Positions 22,201 through 51,200 of a DNA stretch of 64,000 bases are shown piece by piece. The stretch is from Macrostomum lignano (Eukaryota). The notes beneath the pieces were generated by a model. The model ran no database searches and was not told the origin of the DNA. It saw nothing but the letters and a program-made list of their open reading frames with translations. The stretch is taken from NCBI GenBank assembly GCA_002269645.1, contig NIVC01002825.1, positions 1 to 64,000 of the forward strand, written 5' to 3'. How positions within the stretch are numbered: position 1 is the first letter of the stretch; the number at the start of each line of letters is the position of its first letter. Made by a program: the position numbers and the translations under genes.

Positions 22201-25047
22201 TATTTTTGTTTAACTATAATGTTGAATTATGTTATATTATATTAATATTAATATTTCATTATTAATTGTCTTATCTAGCATACTTTTCACATGACATGTA
22301 GGTCCTAGATAGATAGAGACGATCAACCATTTTTAGTATAGTGGACATACGATATTTTACTTTACCATTATACAATATTAGTTACTATTATAGTTTATAA
22401 TGCAATAACTATACGCTTCCGAAAAAATACCGCAAAATTAATTGCGCAAAACGGTCCGTGTAAATAACAAGTGCCTTATATCTGATCTTAGTATATGGGT
22501 TTTGTTTTATTTTTGTTACTTATGTTTACTTTTTAGTCTTTTTTGTTTTCAAACAATATTATAAACTTCTTTAAATACTTGTTTCAAATTATTATTGTCT
22601 ATTGTGTATTTCAATAACGCAATTACATTATAGTAACTTATAGATTAGAATTTACCGTTTTGTCACTTTAATAGACGAAATGTAAAGTAAGGCTTAAAAA
22701 TTCAAATAATCTATTTTTAAAATTCAAATAATCTATTTTTTAAATTCAAATATTCTGTTTTTAAAATTCAAAAAACCTATTTTAAAAATTCCACTGCCTA
22801 ATTTTTGATAGCCGAATAAAATATTCCCTGGAAATAATTCTCAAACTCAATGTTTCCAAATTCATAGAAAACGCTCGGAACTCACCGTGCCCTGAATGAC
22901 GTCCAGAAACCTGGCCAATGAAGCACCTGAACTGATCACCGAGCTCAAATTCGCCGCATAGATTTCTGAGCACAGTCCACTCGCATTGGTCTTTTCCGAA
23001 CTCATCAGGCTGGCCAGCATGCTGCTGTACTGCCCAGAACCCGCCGCCTGCGGTGCAATCACGAACAAGCCAAGCAGAATTGACAGGATTATGTTTAGGG
23101 CGAACAGGGACTTCAGGAATACGAAGAATGACAGCACGCCGCTGCCGTACATGCCTGTAGACGCCGTGTGGGGTATCAGGATGTGAGATTTGGTATCCTT
23201 CCTCTCTGATCCTCTGATCCTCTCTGATCCTCACTGATCCTCTCTGATCCTCTCTGATCCTCTCTGATCCTCTCTGATCCTCTCTGATCCTCTCTGATCC
23301 TCACTGATCCTCTCTGATCCTCTCTGATCCTCTCCTGATCCTCGTGCTCCTCTCTGATCCTCTCTGATCCTCTCTGATCCCTCTGATCCTCTCTGATCCT
23401 CACTGATCCTCTCTGATCCTCTCTGATCCTCTCTGATCCTCACTGATCCTCACTGATCTCTCTGATCCTCTCTGATCCTCTCTGATCCTCTCTGATCCTC
23501 TCTGATCCTCTCTGATCCTCTCTGATCCTCTCTGATCCTTTATATGATCCTTTCTGATCCTCTTTAATGATTTTTGTCCTCTCTGGTCGAGGCCTAATAA
23601 TGTTTTTAACCTTCCAAAGTCCGCAGCGACTTCTGCCACAATGGTATTTCACACCAGCCGCGGGCAGCAGCTGCCAGACTGCGAAAACGAGAAGCAGCTC
23701 TGAAACAGGCATAGAATCTTACTTACTGAGTCATACGAAAAAGTACTTTCTAAGAAACGCAGTCGAAATTTAAATTGGTGCCAAACCTCGTCCTGCTGCC
23801 GCTGGTGCCCACACGATTGAGTTGGTAGCGCGGGCGACGGCATCCCTTGAGAATTAAGAATAAAAAGTCAGAGTTTGGTTGCAGATTGGCATAGTTAACA
23901 CATTGCTATCGTGTTCAATTTGTCAGCACAAACTGGCACTCTAAAATTCTGAAATGGCAAGCCTGTCAATCTTGACTGGCCCAAGCTATTATTCTGATAA
24001 TTCTAGTGTCACGCATAATCAGCTAGTCTACCTGTACACATTAATCACTAAATGCCACCCTGACAGTGATATACTCTGACACAGTCCTCTGACACAGTCC
24101 TCTGACACTGTCACTCTAGTAACTCTAGTAACTCTAGTAACTCTAGTAACTCTAAGTCACTCTGGTCACTCTAGTCACTCTGGTCACTCTAGTCACTCTG
24201 GTCACTCTAGTCACTCTAGTCACTCTAGTCACTCTGGTCACTCTAGTCACTCTAGTCACTCTAGTCACTCTAGTCACTCTAGTCACTCTAGTCACTCTAG
24301 TCACTCTAGTCACTCTAGTCACTCTAGTCACTCTAGTCACTCTAGTCACTCTAGTCACTCTAGTCACTCTAGTCACTCTAGTCACTCTAGTCACTCTAGT
24401 CACTCTAGTCACTCTAGTCACTCTAGTCACTCTAGTCACTCTAGTCACTCTAGTCACTCTAGTCACTCTAGTCACTCTAGTCACTCTAGTCACTCTAGTC
24501 ACTCTAGTCACTCTAGTCACTCTAGTCACTCTAGTCACTCTAGTCACTCTAGTCACTCTAGTCACTCTAGTCACTCTAGTCACTCTGGTCACTCTGGTCA
24601 CTCTGGTCACTCTGGTCACTCTGGTCACTCTGGTCACTCTGGTCACTCTGGTCACTCTGGTCACTCTGGTCACTCTAGTCACTCTAGTCACTCTAGTTCA
24701 CTCTGGTCTCTCTGGTCACTCTGGTCACTCTGGTCACTCTAGTCACTCTAGTCACTCTAGTTCACTCTAGTTCACTCTGGTCTCTCTGGTCACTCTGGTC
24801 ACTCTGGTCACACAGCTCACCGAATTCGCCGTTTCACCGCCAGCGGGACCCCGGCCGCAGCCCGGACAGCGGCCGGAGCGCCAGTGGCCGAGGCATCCCG
24901 CAGCAGCATCCGGTAGACGGGCTGGTACTTCGGCTCGATCCCGAAGGCGGGGTCGGCTGCCACGGCGGCACTTTCGGCCGGCTGAGGTGCAACAGCATGG
25001 CGGCTGCTGTTGAGCGTCAGCATGCTGAGCATTGGTTGTCGCTTCAT
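16244..25047 (-). CDS. Transmembrane channel-like (TMC) protein, multi-exon; confident exons 23154-22886, 21589-21444, 20612-19902, 19327-19141, 17802-17672, 17291-17136, 17034-16956, 16420-16244; 5' exons (about 25047-24821, about 23845-23611) less certain
   Basis: PLAVKRRIR, EIPLWQKSLRTLEG|MYGSGVLSFF, GILENTILFVGYY, SYNMPVAYL, AWDFGL, CWEAYVGQAFYKL, PPEFNISDSVLDVLYAQVIVWFGMLFCPFLP and KGCSPFR are hallmark TMC motifs. Junctions from 23678 downstream are phase-consistent. The subfamily (TMC5/7-like) was not established. Confidence 0.85.
16514..16834. repeat. 20-bp then 11-bp tandem repeats with palindromic AACTAGTT core (TMC last intron)
   Basis: Units AACTAGTTGTGACCTTTGTG and TGAACTAGTTG. 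Confidence 0.85.
17330..17652. repeat. 9-bp (TCACTCTGG/TCACTCTAG)n array in a TMC intron
   Basis: Near-perfect 9-bp periodicity; source of the RVT/GHS/WSL ORFs. Confidence 0.95.
17900..19050. repeat. About 17-21 bp variable minisatellite in a TMC intron
   Basis: Unit GGCACCGGTTTCCTAAAAAT with variants GGGCAGGTTTCCTAAAAA. Confidence 0.9.
19410..19850. repeat. Degenerate (GAGATTA)n low-complexity repeat
   Basis: Recurrent AGAGATT / GATTAGAGATT motifs. Confidence 0.7.
20690..21315. repeat. 14-16 bp purine-rich minisatellite in a TMC intron
   Basis: Units GGGATAATCAGGTA and GGGATAATCAGGGAG. Confidence 0.9.
22109..22460. mobile_element. Possible decayed MITE with CACGGA termini and TA flanks
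   Basis: TA-CACGGAACC at 22107-22117 and GGTCCGTG-TA at 22453-22462; inverted subterminal similarity TAATTTTGCG(C/G)TATTTT. Confidence 0.3.
23200..23560. repeat. 10-bp (TCTCTGATCC)n array in a TMC intron
   Basis: Direct periodicity. Confidence 0.92.
24110..24812. repeat. 9-bp (TCACTCTAG/TCACTCTGG)n array in TMC intron 1
   Basis: Same unit family as 17330-17652. Confidence 0.95.
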
Positions 25048-25601
25048 CTCCAGAAAATTTCAACGCTCTCAACTCTGAACCAAGCGGCCGTGTGGCGCAT
25101 GCATGTAGATTTGTAATGATTTAAGAAGGCTAGCGAGAGCTAAAGTTGATCAATACGATTGTGGGACCCTGAGCAGCAACTCGCCATTGGCTGAGAGCTC
25201 TCTCATTAGAATACCTGTGCCCCCCTCCCTGCACTCTGTTTACTCACCTTAACTCTGTCTGAAAACTTTGTCCAAGCTGTAGAGAATGTACGAGAAAATT
25301 TATGTAATCAAAAGTCTGCATTCTGGCTCTGTTGGGCTCCATAGGAATTGCGCCGCAGACTGGCACAGCAAGCCGTCTTGAGGAAAGATTGACTGAATTT
25401 TTTTTTAAGTGCACATTTTCTAAGCGCTCACTATGCAAACCATGAAGAATATCTGTGATGCATGCGAAAAGTCCGTTGAGTATGTAAATTCAATTGCTAT
25501 ATCCAACCGCACAAAATTAATATATTGAAGAACGATGTACTACTAAGTAGGCAAGAATGCTATCAGTTTTAGAAAAACTCAAGACGGTTTTCCTTCAACT
25601 T

Positions 25602-25890
<289 letters not shown>

Positions 25891-26154
25891 AACAGAGCAT
25901 TTTGCTTCAAATTGCACGTTGGAATTCCTAAAAGAAAATTTCTTTCCCACCCCAGCTGCCCGGTGTATCGATTGGTTAACTTTTCATTCCCTGCTTAGTT
26001 CAGCTCAGCTTCTTTTGTACTCAAGCCACAGCCTGCCCATGCTCAGTCATTGTTGTGCTCAACACAGTCGCACAGTCACCATGGAGACGCTGGCACACAT
26101 AGTCTTCTGGCAGTCTGGGCACAAAAGCCACTTCTAGCTGTTCCCCGCAGTTCG

Positions 26155-26415
<261 letters not shown>

Positions 26416-27460
26416 GAGGCGCATAGCAAACAGCTTGCATACTGCAGTGTTGCGGTCGCTAAGCTGAGTTTTTGTGCACCTATCGCTTCCATATCAATCT
26501 GTCAGTTTTCCAGAGCGCGCAAGTCTTAGAGTTGCTGTGCAAGTTTCATGACAGACAGTTGTCTGCAGAATTGTATTGTATATTTTATTAGCAACGGCAT
26601 GCTAAAAAGTTTTTTTGCAAAGTTCTCTGTCAATGCCTTCCCAAGCGATACTTGTTTGCTTCTCGCATTTGTACTTTTTTTGTAAATCTTTGATAGCCAA
26701 AAAATCTATCAATGGCTGTCTTCTTTGTCTGCTTGAGTGCAACCCGCATTTAGGAGCATTCTTTTATTGTAGAAGTTTTCAAGCAGATCGAAAAGTTAAA
26801 CTTACCTTTACCAAGCTGAGTTTAGCTGAGTTAGAAATGTCTTTCAGTAATCATAAAAGTCTTCTTTCAATACTTTAAAAAAATAGCTGGAACCACTGAT
26901 GTAAAATGTGATCTCTATTGGGTAAATACCGGCGTAAATGGAATGTTTCTTTTTTGCTTTATCGAGCCAGTTTTAACCATAAACTATGCGCTAGACATTT
27001 CAAGTAATTTCTAACTCGTGTGTGTCATCGGCGAAAAACAGACATTAAAAACCACTTTTAGCTACTGATAGTATAATAAATAGCACTTTGCTGATTTATA
27101 CTTTTTTTGATCTGATAAAATTTTAAGCTTTGTTTTTATAAAATTATGCAGATAAAAGTTACAATTAACGTTCAACGCACATAATTAACAAATTTTATAA
27201 TGGAAGGCTGATTGCCGCTAAAAGTACATCCGTTGTTTTTCGTCTAAATCAATTCGGTTAATATTTTCCGGCATTGAATCTTCGTGAAAAAATAGGGCCC
27301 AAAGTTCCTTGGATAACCGCATGATTTTGCATAAAAATAAGAATTATGATTTTTAATGCAACAGGCGATAAAATGACTGACACCTATGAAAAATATTCTT
27401 TGTAAATGGTTTTTAAGTTTTGCTGAATGCAGAAGGAGGAGTTCTTGTCATCTGATTAGA

Positions 27461-43681
<16,221 letters not shown>

Positions 43682-44753
43682 CTTGGCGGTGCGCTGTCCG
43701 CCTTCCTCTAAGCTGAAATGTCCCTAATCTGTTTTCAAAGACAACTAGATTTATTAAAAAAAAGATTTTCGTAGGTAACTATTTTCTGCAGAGTGTTGCA
43801 AATGCCAACCGGAAAAACTTATGCAATTGTTGCTCGATGTGTCTCTCTATCTTGCTTCATATTGGGCGAACTCTGCAAAACTTTTTGAGAAGCTGTTTGA
43901 GCACAAGTCCCAATGCAGTGTTTGCTGTCTCCTGCGTTTTGTGTGTCAGACAATGTGCAGCTATCTCTCTACCCCCATTGTCTCTCTCTCCTTACCTGCC
44001 CTGTGACTTCTTTTGCCAGTGTGCATGCTATGTGTTTGTGTGTAATTTCTTCCTTCTATATTTAGCACATCATGAATTTAACCAGCGGATAGTGGAGACA
44101 CGGCTTAAGTGGGAAAGAATTCATTTTTCTCTCCGAACACACACACTCTCGGGGCTAGAATTGGATTGTAAAGGGTTGGAACTGTTCTTGAGGTGGTCGC
44201 TCTCGCATATATTTATCTAAAAACGTGCTCAAACAGCGGCTGCATCATGGGATTGACGCATGATCTTATTTTTGTCTTCTTCTGGCACAGATGTGTCTTT
44301 AAAGGTGTCTCGTGAAGGATTAAATTTTTTCTGAAGAAATTTTTCTCTGCTAGAAAAGTGCAAATCAATCAGGGTTAGCAAGCAGGTACTGAGCAATTTT
44401 GGCTTTTGTTAAAAGCCTCTGCTCAGTCGGTAGCTCCACAGTGTGACGCGGAGCTGCTCAATGCTAGCACGAGATTGACAATAATGGCTTTTGCACACCC
44501 CACCGATTGCCAATACAAATAATTGAGTCGTCGCGCACTCAGAGGAGGAGTGAGTCAAGCCCCAAGCCATGCCATTCGATGCAATTTTCTCCAGCCGGCA
44601 AAATCTGCAGCTGTTCTCCCCTGAGAGCGATCTCTGAGATGGGATTATATACCAATCCGTTCTGGTCGCTCATGCTTGAGTCTCCAGATCGCTCTCAGTC
44701 GCAATCGCAAAACTGAGCAGACTATTCTACTTAGTTGATTTTGCATAGCAACT

Positions 44754-45089
44754 ATGGGTAGTCACTTGTTGCTAGGCACGCTACTATTGGTAGCCATAGC
44801 AACCGAGCCGGCCCTGGCGGGCAGCATTCGCTGCTACAAGTGCATCGGCTGCAACAAGGTGCACGCGTCGACCAACACTTCAATTGGAGATTTCTGTGTC
44901 AAGTCCATCACTAGGGACTCCGTATCCAGGGACGCTGGCACCGGGGTGTGCGTGAGCTCCGCCATCACGTACTGTTGCTACGAGTGGCTCTGCAATGCGT
45001 CGAGCTCGAATTTAGACTCGAAACAGCGGCGCTACTCGTCAGCTATGGTCTTTGTTGCTATCGCAGTCTTTATTTATTGGCCCGTCTGA
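44754..45089 (+). CDS. Ly6/uPAR (three-finger) family small protein, predicted secreted and GPI-anchored, 111 aa, intronless
   Basis: Hydrophobic N-terminus (MGSHLLLGTLLLVAIA..ALA), IRCYKCIGC start, CCYEWLCN end motif, small-residue site then hydrophobic tail MVFVAIAVFIYWPV*; AATAAA at 45205-45210. Confidence 0.78.
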   Translation: MGSHLLLGTLLLVAIATEPALAGSIRCYKCIGCNKVHASTNTSIGDFCVKSITRDSVSRDAGTGVCVSSAITYCCYEWLCNASSSNLDSKQRRYSSAMVFVAIAVFIYWPV

Positions 45090-45278
45090 CACATCAGCTT
45101 TAAGTGTGATGGAAATCTTTAGTGTGGATAAGCGCTAACAATTTTCTGTCAAAGTGCTGTGCCATGTAATCCACGGACACTAACAAGCGCTAAATTTTAT
45201 CTTAAATAAAGTCGGCTAAGGCTTTTTTATACTCAAATGATCCCGTAATGCTTTTTGTTTAAATTTCGCTTAACTCGC

Positions 45279-48200
45279 TCCATGCTCTCAATCAGTGATT
45301 ATAACTCACCTGTCCATGCCTTCAATCAGTGATTGTAACTCACCTGTCCATGCCCTCAATCAGTGATTATAACTCACCTGTCCATGCCCTCAATCAGTGA
45401 ATATAACTCACCTGTCCATGCCCTCAATCAGTGATTATAACTCACCTGTCCATGCCCTCAATCAGTGATTGTAACTCACCTGTCCATGCTCTCAATCAGT
45501 GATTATAACTCACCTGTCCATGCCCTCAATCAGTGATTATAACTCACCTGTCCATGCCCTCAATCAGTGATTATAACTCACCTGTCCATGCCCTCAATCA
45601 GTGATTGTAACTCACCTGTCCATGCTCTCAATCAGTGATTGTAACTCACCTGTCCATGCCCTCAATCAGTGATTATAACTCACCTGTCCATGCCCTCAAT
45701 CAGTGATTATAACTCACCTGTCCATGCCCTCAATCAGTGATTGTAACTCACCTGTCCATGCTCTCAATCAGTGATTGTAACTCACCTGTCCATGCCCTCA
45801 ATCAGTGATTATAACTCACCTGTCCATGCCTTCAATCAGTGATTATAACTCACCTGTCCATGCCTTCAATCAGTGATTGTAACTCACCTGTCCATGCCTT
45901 CAATCAGTGATTGTAACTCACCTGTCCATGCTCTCAATCAGTGATTGTAACTCACCTGTCCATGCCTTCAATCAGTGATTATAACTCACCTGTCCATGCC
46001 CTCAATCAGTGATTGTAACTCACCTGTCCATGCTCTCAATCAGTGATTGTAACTCACCTGTCCATGCCTTCAATCAGTGATTATAACTCACCTGTCCATG
46101 CCCTCAATCAGTGATTGTAACTCACCTGTCCATGCTCTCAATCAGTGATTGTAACTCACCTGTCCATGCCCTCAATCAGTGATTATAACTCACCTGTCCA
46201 TGCCCTCAATCAGTGATTGTAACTCACCTGTCCATGCTCTCAATCAGTGATTGTAACTCACCTGTCCATGCCTTCAATCAGTGATTATAACTCACCTGTC
46301 CATGCCCTCAATCAGTGATTGTAACTCACCTGTCCATGCTCTCAATCAGTGATTGTAACTCACCTGTCCATGCCCTCAATCAGTGATTATAACTCACCTG
46401 TCCATGCCCTCAATCAGTGATTGTAACTCACCTGTCCATGCCCTCAATCAGTGATTATAACTCACCTGTCCATGCCTTCAATCAGTGATTGTAACTCACC
46501 TGTCCATGCCTTCAATCAGTGATTGTAACTCACCTGTCCATGCCTTCAATCAGTGATTGTAACTCACCTGTCCATGCCCTCAATCAGTGATTGTAACTCA
46601 CCTGTCCATGCCTTCAATCAGTGATTATAACTCACCTGTCCATGCCTTCAATCAGTGATTGTAACTCACCTGTCCATGCCCTCAATCAGTGATTGTAACT
46701 CACCTGTCCATGCCCTCAATCAGTGATTGTAACTCACCTGTCCATGCCTTCAATCAGTGATTATAACTCACCTGTCCATGCCCTCAATCAGTGATTAAAA
46801 CTCACCTGTCCATGCCCTCAATCAGTGATTGTAACTCACCTGTCCATGCCTTCAATCAGTGATTATAACTCACCTGTCCATGCCCTCAATCAGTGATTGT
46901 AACTCACCTGTCCATGCTCTCAATCAGTGATTGTAACTCACCTGTCCATGCCCTCAATCAGTGATTGTAACTCACCTGTCCATGCCTTCAATCAGTGATT
47001 ATAACTCACCTGTCCATGCTCTCAATCAGTGATTATAACTCACCTGTCCATGCCCTCAATCAGTGATTGTAACTCACCTGTCCATGCCTTCAATCAGTGA
47101 TTGTAACTCACCTGTCCATGCCTTCAATCAGTGATTATAACTCACCTGTCCATGCCTTCAATCAGTGATTATAACTCACCTGTCCATGCCCTCAATCAGT
47201 GATTGTAACTCACCTGTCCATGCTCTCAATCAGTGATTGTAACTCACCTGTCCATGCCCTCAATCAGTGATTGTAACTCACCTGTCCATGCCTTCAATCA
47301 GTGATTATAACTCACCTGTCCATGCTCTCAATCAGTGATTATAACTCACCTGTCCATGCCCTCAATCAGTGATTGTAACTCACCTGTCCATGCCCTCAAT
47401 CAGTGATTGTAACTCACCTGTCCATGCCTTCAATCAGTGATTGTAACTCACCTGTCCATGCTCTCAATCAGTGATTATAACTCACCTGTCCATGCCTTCA
47501 ATCAGTGATTGTAACTCACCTGTCCATGCCTTCAATCAGTGATTGTAACTCACCTGTCCATGCTCTCAATCAGTGATTATAACTCACCTGTCCATGCCTT
47601 CAATCAGTGATTGTAACTCACCTGTCCATGCCCTCAATCAGTGATTGTAACTCACCTGTCCATGCCTTCAATCAGTGATTGTAACTCACCTGTCCATGCC
47701 TTCAATCAGTGATTGTAACTCACCTGTCCATGCCTCAATCAGTGATTGTAACTCACCTGTCCATGCCTTCAATCAGTGATTGTAACTCACCTGTCCATGC
47801 CCTCAATCAGTGATTGTAACTCACCTGTCCATGCCTTCAATCAGTGATTGTAACTCACCTGTCCATGCCTCAATCAGTGATTGTAACTCACCTGTCCATG
47901 CCTTCAATCAGTGATTGTAACTCACCTGTCCATGCCTTCAATCAGTGATTGTAACTCACCTGTCCATGCCCTCAATCAGTGATTGTAACTCACCTGTCCA
48001 TGCCTTCAATCAGTGATTGTAACTCACCTGTCCATGCCTTCAATCAGTGATTGTAACTCACCTGTCCATGCCTTCAATCAGTGAATATAACTCACCTGTC
48101 CATGCCCTCAATCAGTGATTGTAACTCACCTGTCCATGCCCTCAATCAGTGATTATAACTCACCTGTCCATGCCTTCAATCAGTGATTGTAACTCACCTG

Positions 48201-51200
48201 TCCATGCCCTCAATCAGTGATTGTAACTCACCTGTCCATGCCTTCAATCAGTGATTGTAACTCACCTGTCCATGCCTTCAATCAGTGATTGTAACTCACC
48301 TGTCCATGCCCTCAATCAGTGATTGTAACTCACCTGTCCATGCCTTCAATCAGTGATTGTAACTCACCTGTCCATGCCTTCAATCAGTGATTGTAACTCA
48401 CCTGTCCATGCCTTCAATCAGTGATTGTAACTCACCTGTCCATGCCTTCAATCAGTGATTGTAACTCACCTGTCCATGCCTTCAATCAGTGATTGTAACT
48501 CACCTGTCCATGCCTTCAATCAGTGATTGTAACTCACCTGTCCATGCCCTCAATCAGTGATTGTAACTCACCTGTCCATGCCTTCAATCAGTGATTGTAA
48601 CTCACCTGTCCATGCCTTCAATCAGTGATTGTAACTCACCTGTCCATGCCCTCAATCAGTGATTGTAACTCACCTGTCCATGCCCTCAATCAGTGATTGT
48701 AACTCACCTGTCCATGCCCTCAATCAGTGATTGTAACTCACCTGTCCATGCCCTCAATCAGTGATTATAACTCACCTGTCCATGCCTTCAATCAGTGATT
48801 GTAACTCACCTGTCCATGCCTCAATCAGTGATTGTAACTCACCTGTCCATGCCTCAATCAGTGATTGTAACTCACCTGTCCATGCCTTCAATCAGTGATT
48901 GTAACTCACCTGTCCATGCCTTCAATCAGTGATTGTAACTCACCTGTCCATGCCCTCAATCAGTGATTGTAACTCACCTGTCCATGCCCTCAATCAGTGA
49001 TTGTAACTCACCTGTCCATGCCTTCAATCAGTGATTGTAACTCACCTGTCCATGCCTTCAATCAGCGATTATAACTCACCTGTCCATGCCTTCAATCAGT
49101 GATTGTAACTCACCTGTCCATGCCTTCAATCAGTGATTGTAACTCACCTGTCCATGCCCTCAATCAGCGATTATAACTCACCTGTCCATGCCCTCAATCA
49201 GTGATTGTAACTCACCTGTCCATGCCTTCAATCAGTGATTGTAACTCACCTGTCCATGCCTTCAATCAGTGATTGTAACTCACCTGTCCATGCCCTCAAT
49301 CAGCGATTATAACTCACCTGTCCATGCCTTCAATCAGTGATTGTAACTCACCTGTCCATGCCCTCAATCAGCGATTATAACTCACCTGTCCATGCCCTCA
49401 ATCAGTGATTATAACTCACCTGTCCATGCCTTCAATCAGTGATTGTAACTCACCTGTCCATGCCTTCAATCAGTGATTGTAACTCACCTGTCCATGCCTT
49501 CAATCAGTGATTGTAACTCACCTGTCCATGCCTTCAATCAGTGATTGTAACTCACCTGTCCATGCCTTCAATCAGTGATTGTAACTCACCTGTCCATGCC
49601 TTCAATCAGTGATTGTAACTCACCTGTCCATGCCTTCAATCAGTGATTGTTAGGGGTGTTCGGGGTTCGGGGTCGGGTCGGGTTTCGGGTCGGGTTTTGG
49701 TACCGGGTTCGGGGTTCGGGGTAGGTGTTCCGGGTCGGGTTCGGGGTTCGGGGTAGGGGTACCGGGTTCGGGGTTCGGGTCGGGTTTGGCCACCGGGTTT
49801 TCGGGGTTTTCGGGGTTTTGAACAATTATCATTCTCAAGAGTATTTTCAAGCACTTTTTTTACTCCTTATGCAAAATCCACAATGCGAAAGATATGCATT
49901 GAGTTTCAGGTACAACTTAAGTTATATTTTACATACAATTTGAAACGGAAATAGCAGATAGAACCATGGATTCATTTACACTTTCTGGTAAATAACGATT
50001 GTCGTTTTTCGACCCATTCAGTCTTGCAGTTGATGATTTAAAAAATTACGTTCAGTAATAATTTTACATGTGCTACGTGTAACATGGTCTGAACTTCTGG
50101 ATTGGATGAGGAAGCTTAAAATTTATAAATACACCATTATTCTCCACGCATCAGTCGCCAATAATCAATTATCACAATGATTACCTACTCATATCAGCAT
50201 ACAATTTTATGTAAAGACGTCACTTTAGTTTTTACATAGCAATTCTGTTATACCACTACTGACTTACTGTTAACTGTAGTCAAAAGTAAAAATAAATATA
50301 TATTTGTGATTAACTCTCCTGTTTCATTGTTTCATTGTTTTATCTGTGCTATCTCTTTATCGCTCTATCTCTACTGATATCTACACTACAGGGTATAATC
50401 TAATTTTATTGTACTCTATTTTTGCAGCTTAAATAAACTCATAGATGTAATATTACTATGAAAGCAATTTCGTTGTAAGTATAGGTACGAAATGGTCCTG
50501 ATTTTAGTTGTGAACTTTCATGTATCTTACTATTAGATCTTGGGTCTTGGTATTCCTTCCATCTCAATCCCAATCCCATTGCAAGAAGTGTTTCATATTT
50601 ATTTTCCTAGTTGTAGAGTAGCTAAGGGAAATAAAACCACAAGGCTAAGTGGTTGAAGCTGTTAAGGCACATCTCAATATATAAAACTGAATTTAAAACT
50701 GAAATTGAAAACTGAAAACTGAAAAATTGAAAACTGAAAACTGAATTTATTAAAATGATTGACCAAAATAAGCGTGAAAATGTTCGGGGTTACGTTCGGG
50801 GTCGGGTCGGGTTTTGGTACCGGGTTCGGGGTTCGGGGTTAGAAGAAATGTTCGGGACGGGGTTCGGTGTTCGGGGTAGGGGTACCGGGTTCGGGGTAAA
50901 CCCCGAACCCCGAAAAAATGGCCGACCCGAACACCCCTAGTGATTGTAACTCACCTGTCCATGCCTTCAATCAGTGATTGTAACTCACCTGTCCATGCCT
51001 TCAATCAGTGATTGTAACTCACCTGTCCATGCCTTCAATCAGTGATTGTAACTCACCTGTCCATGCCTTCAATCAGTGATTGTAACTCACCTGTCCATGC
51101 CTTCAATCAGTGATTGTAACTCACCTGTCCATGCCTTCAATCAGTGATTGTAACTCACCTGTCCATGCCTTCAATCAGTGATTGTAACTCACCTGTCCAT

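Noticed and set aside
44500-44720. Short minus-strand ORF (MSDQNGLVYNP..) upstream of the ferlin
   Set aside because: About 44 aa with no motif and no donor linking it to ferlin exon 1; may be UTR or promoter sequence.
49636-49943. Telomere-like repeats or Pro/Gly-rich ORFs
   Set aside because: These are GGGTTCGG subterminal motifs of the hAT element, bounded by TIR and TSD.
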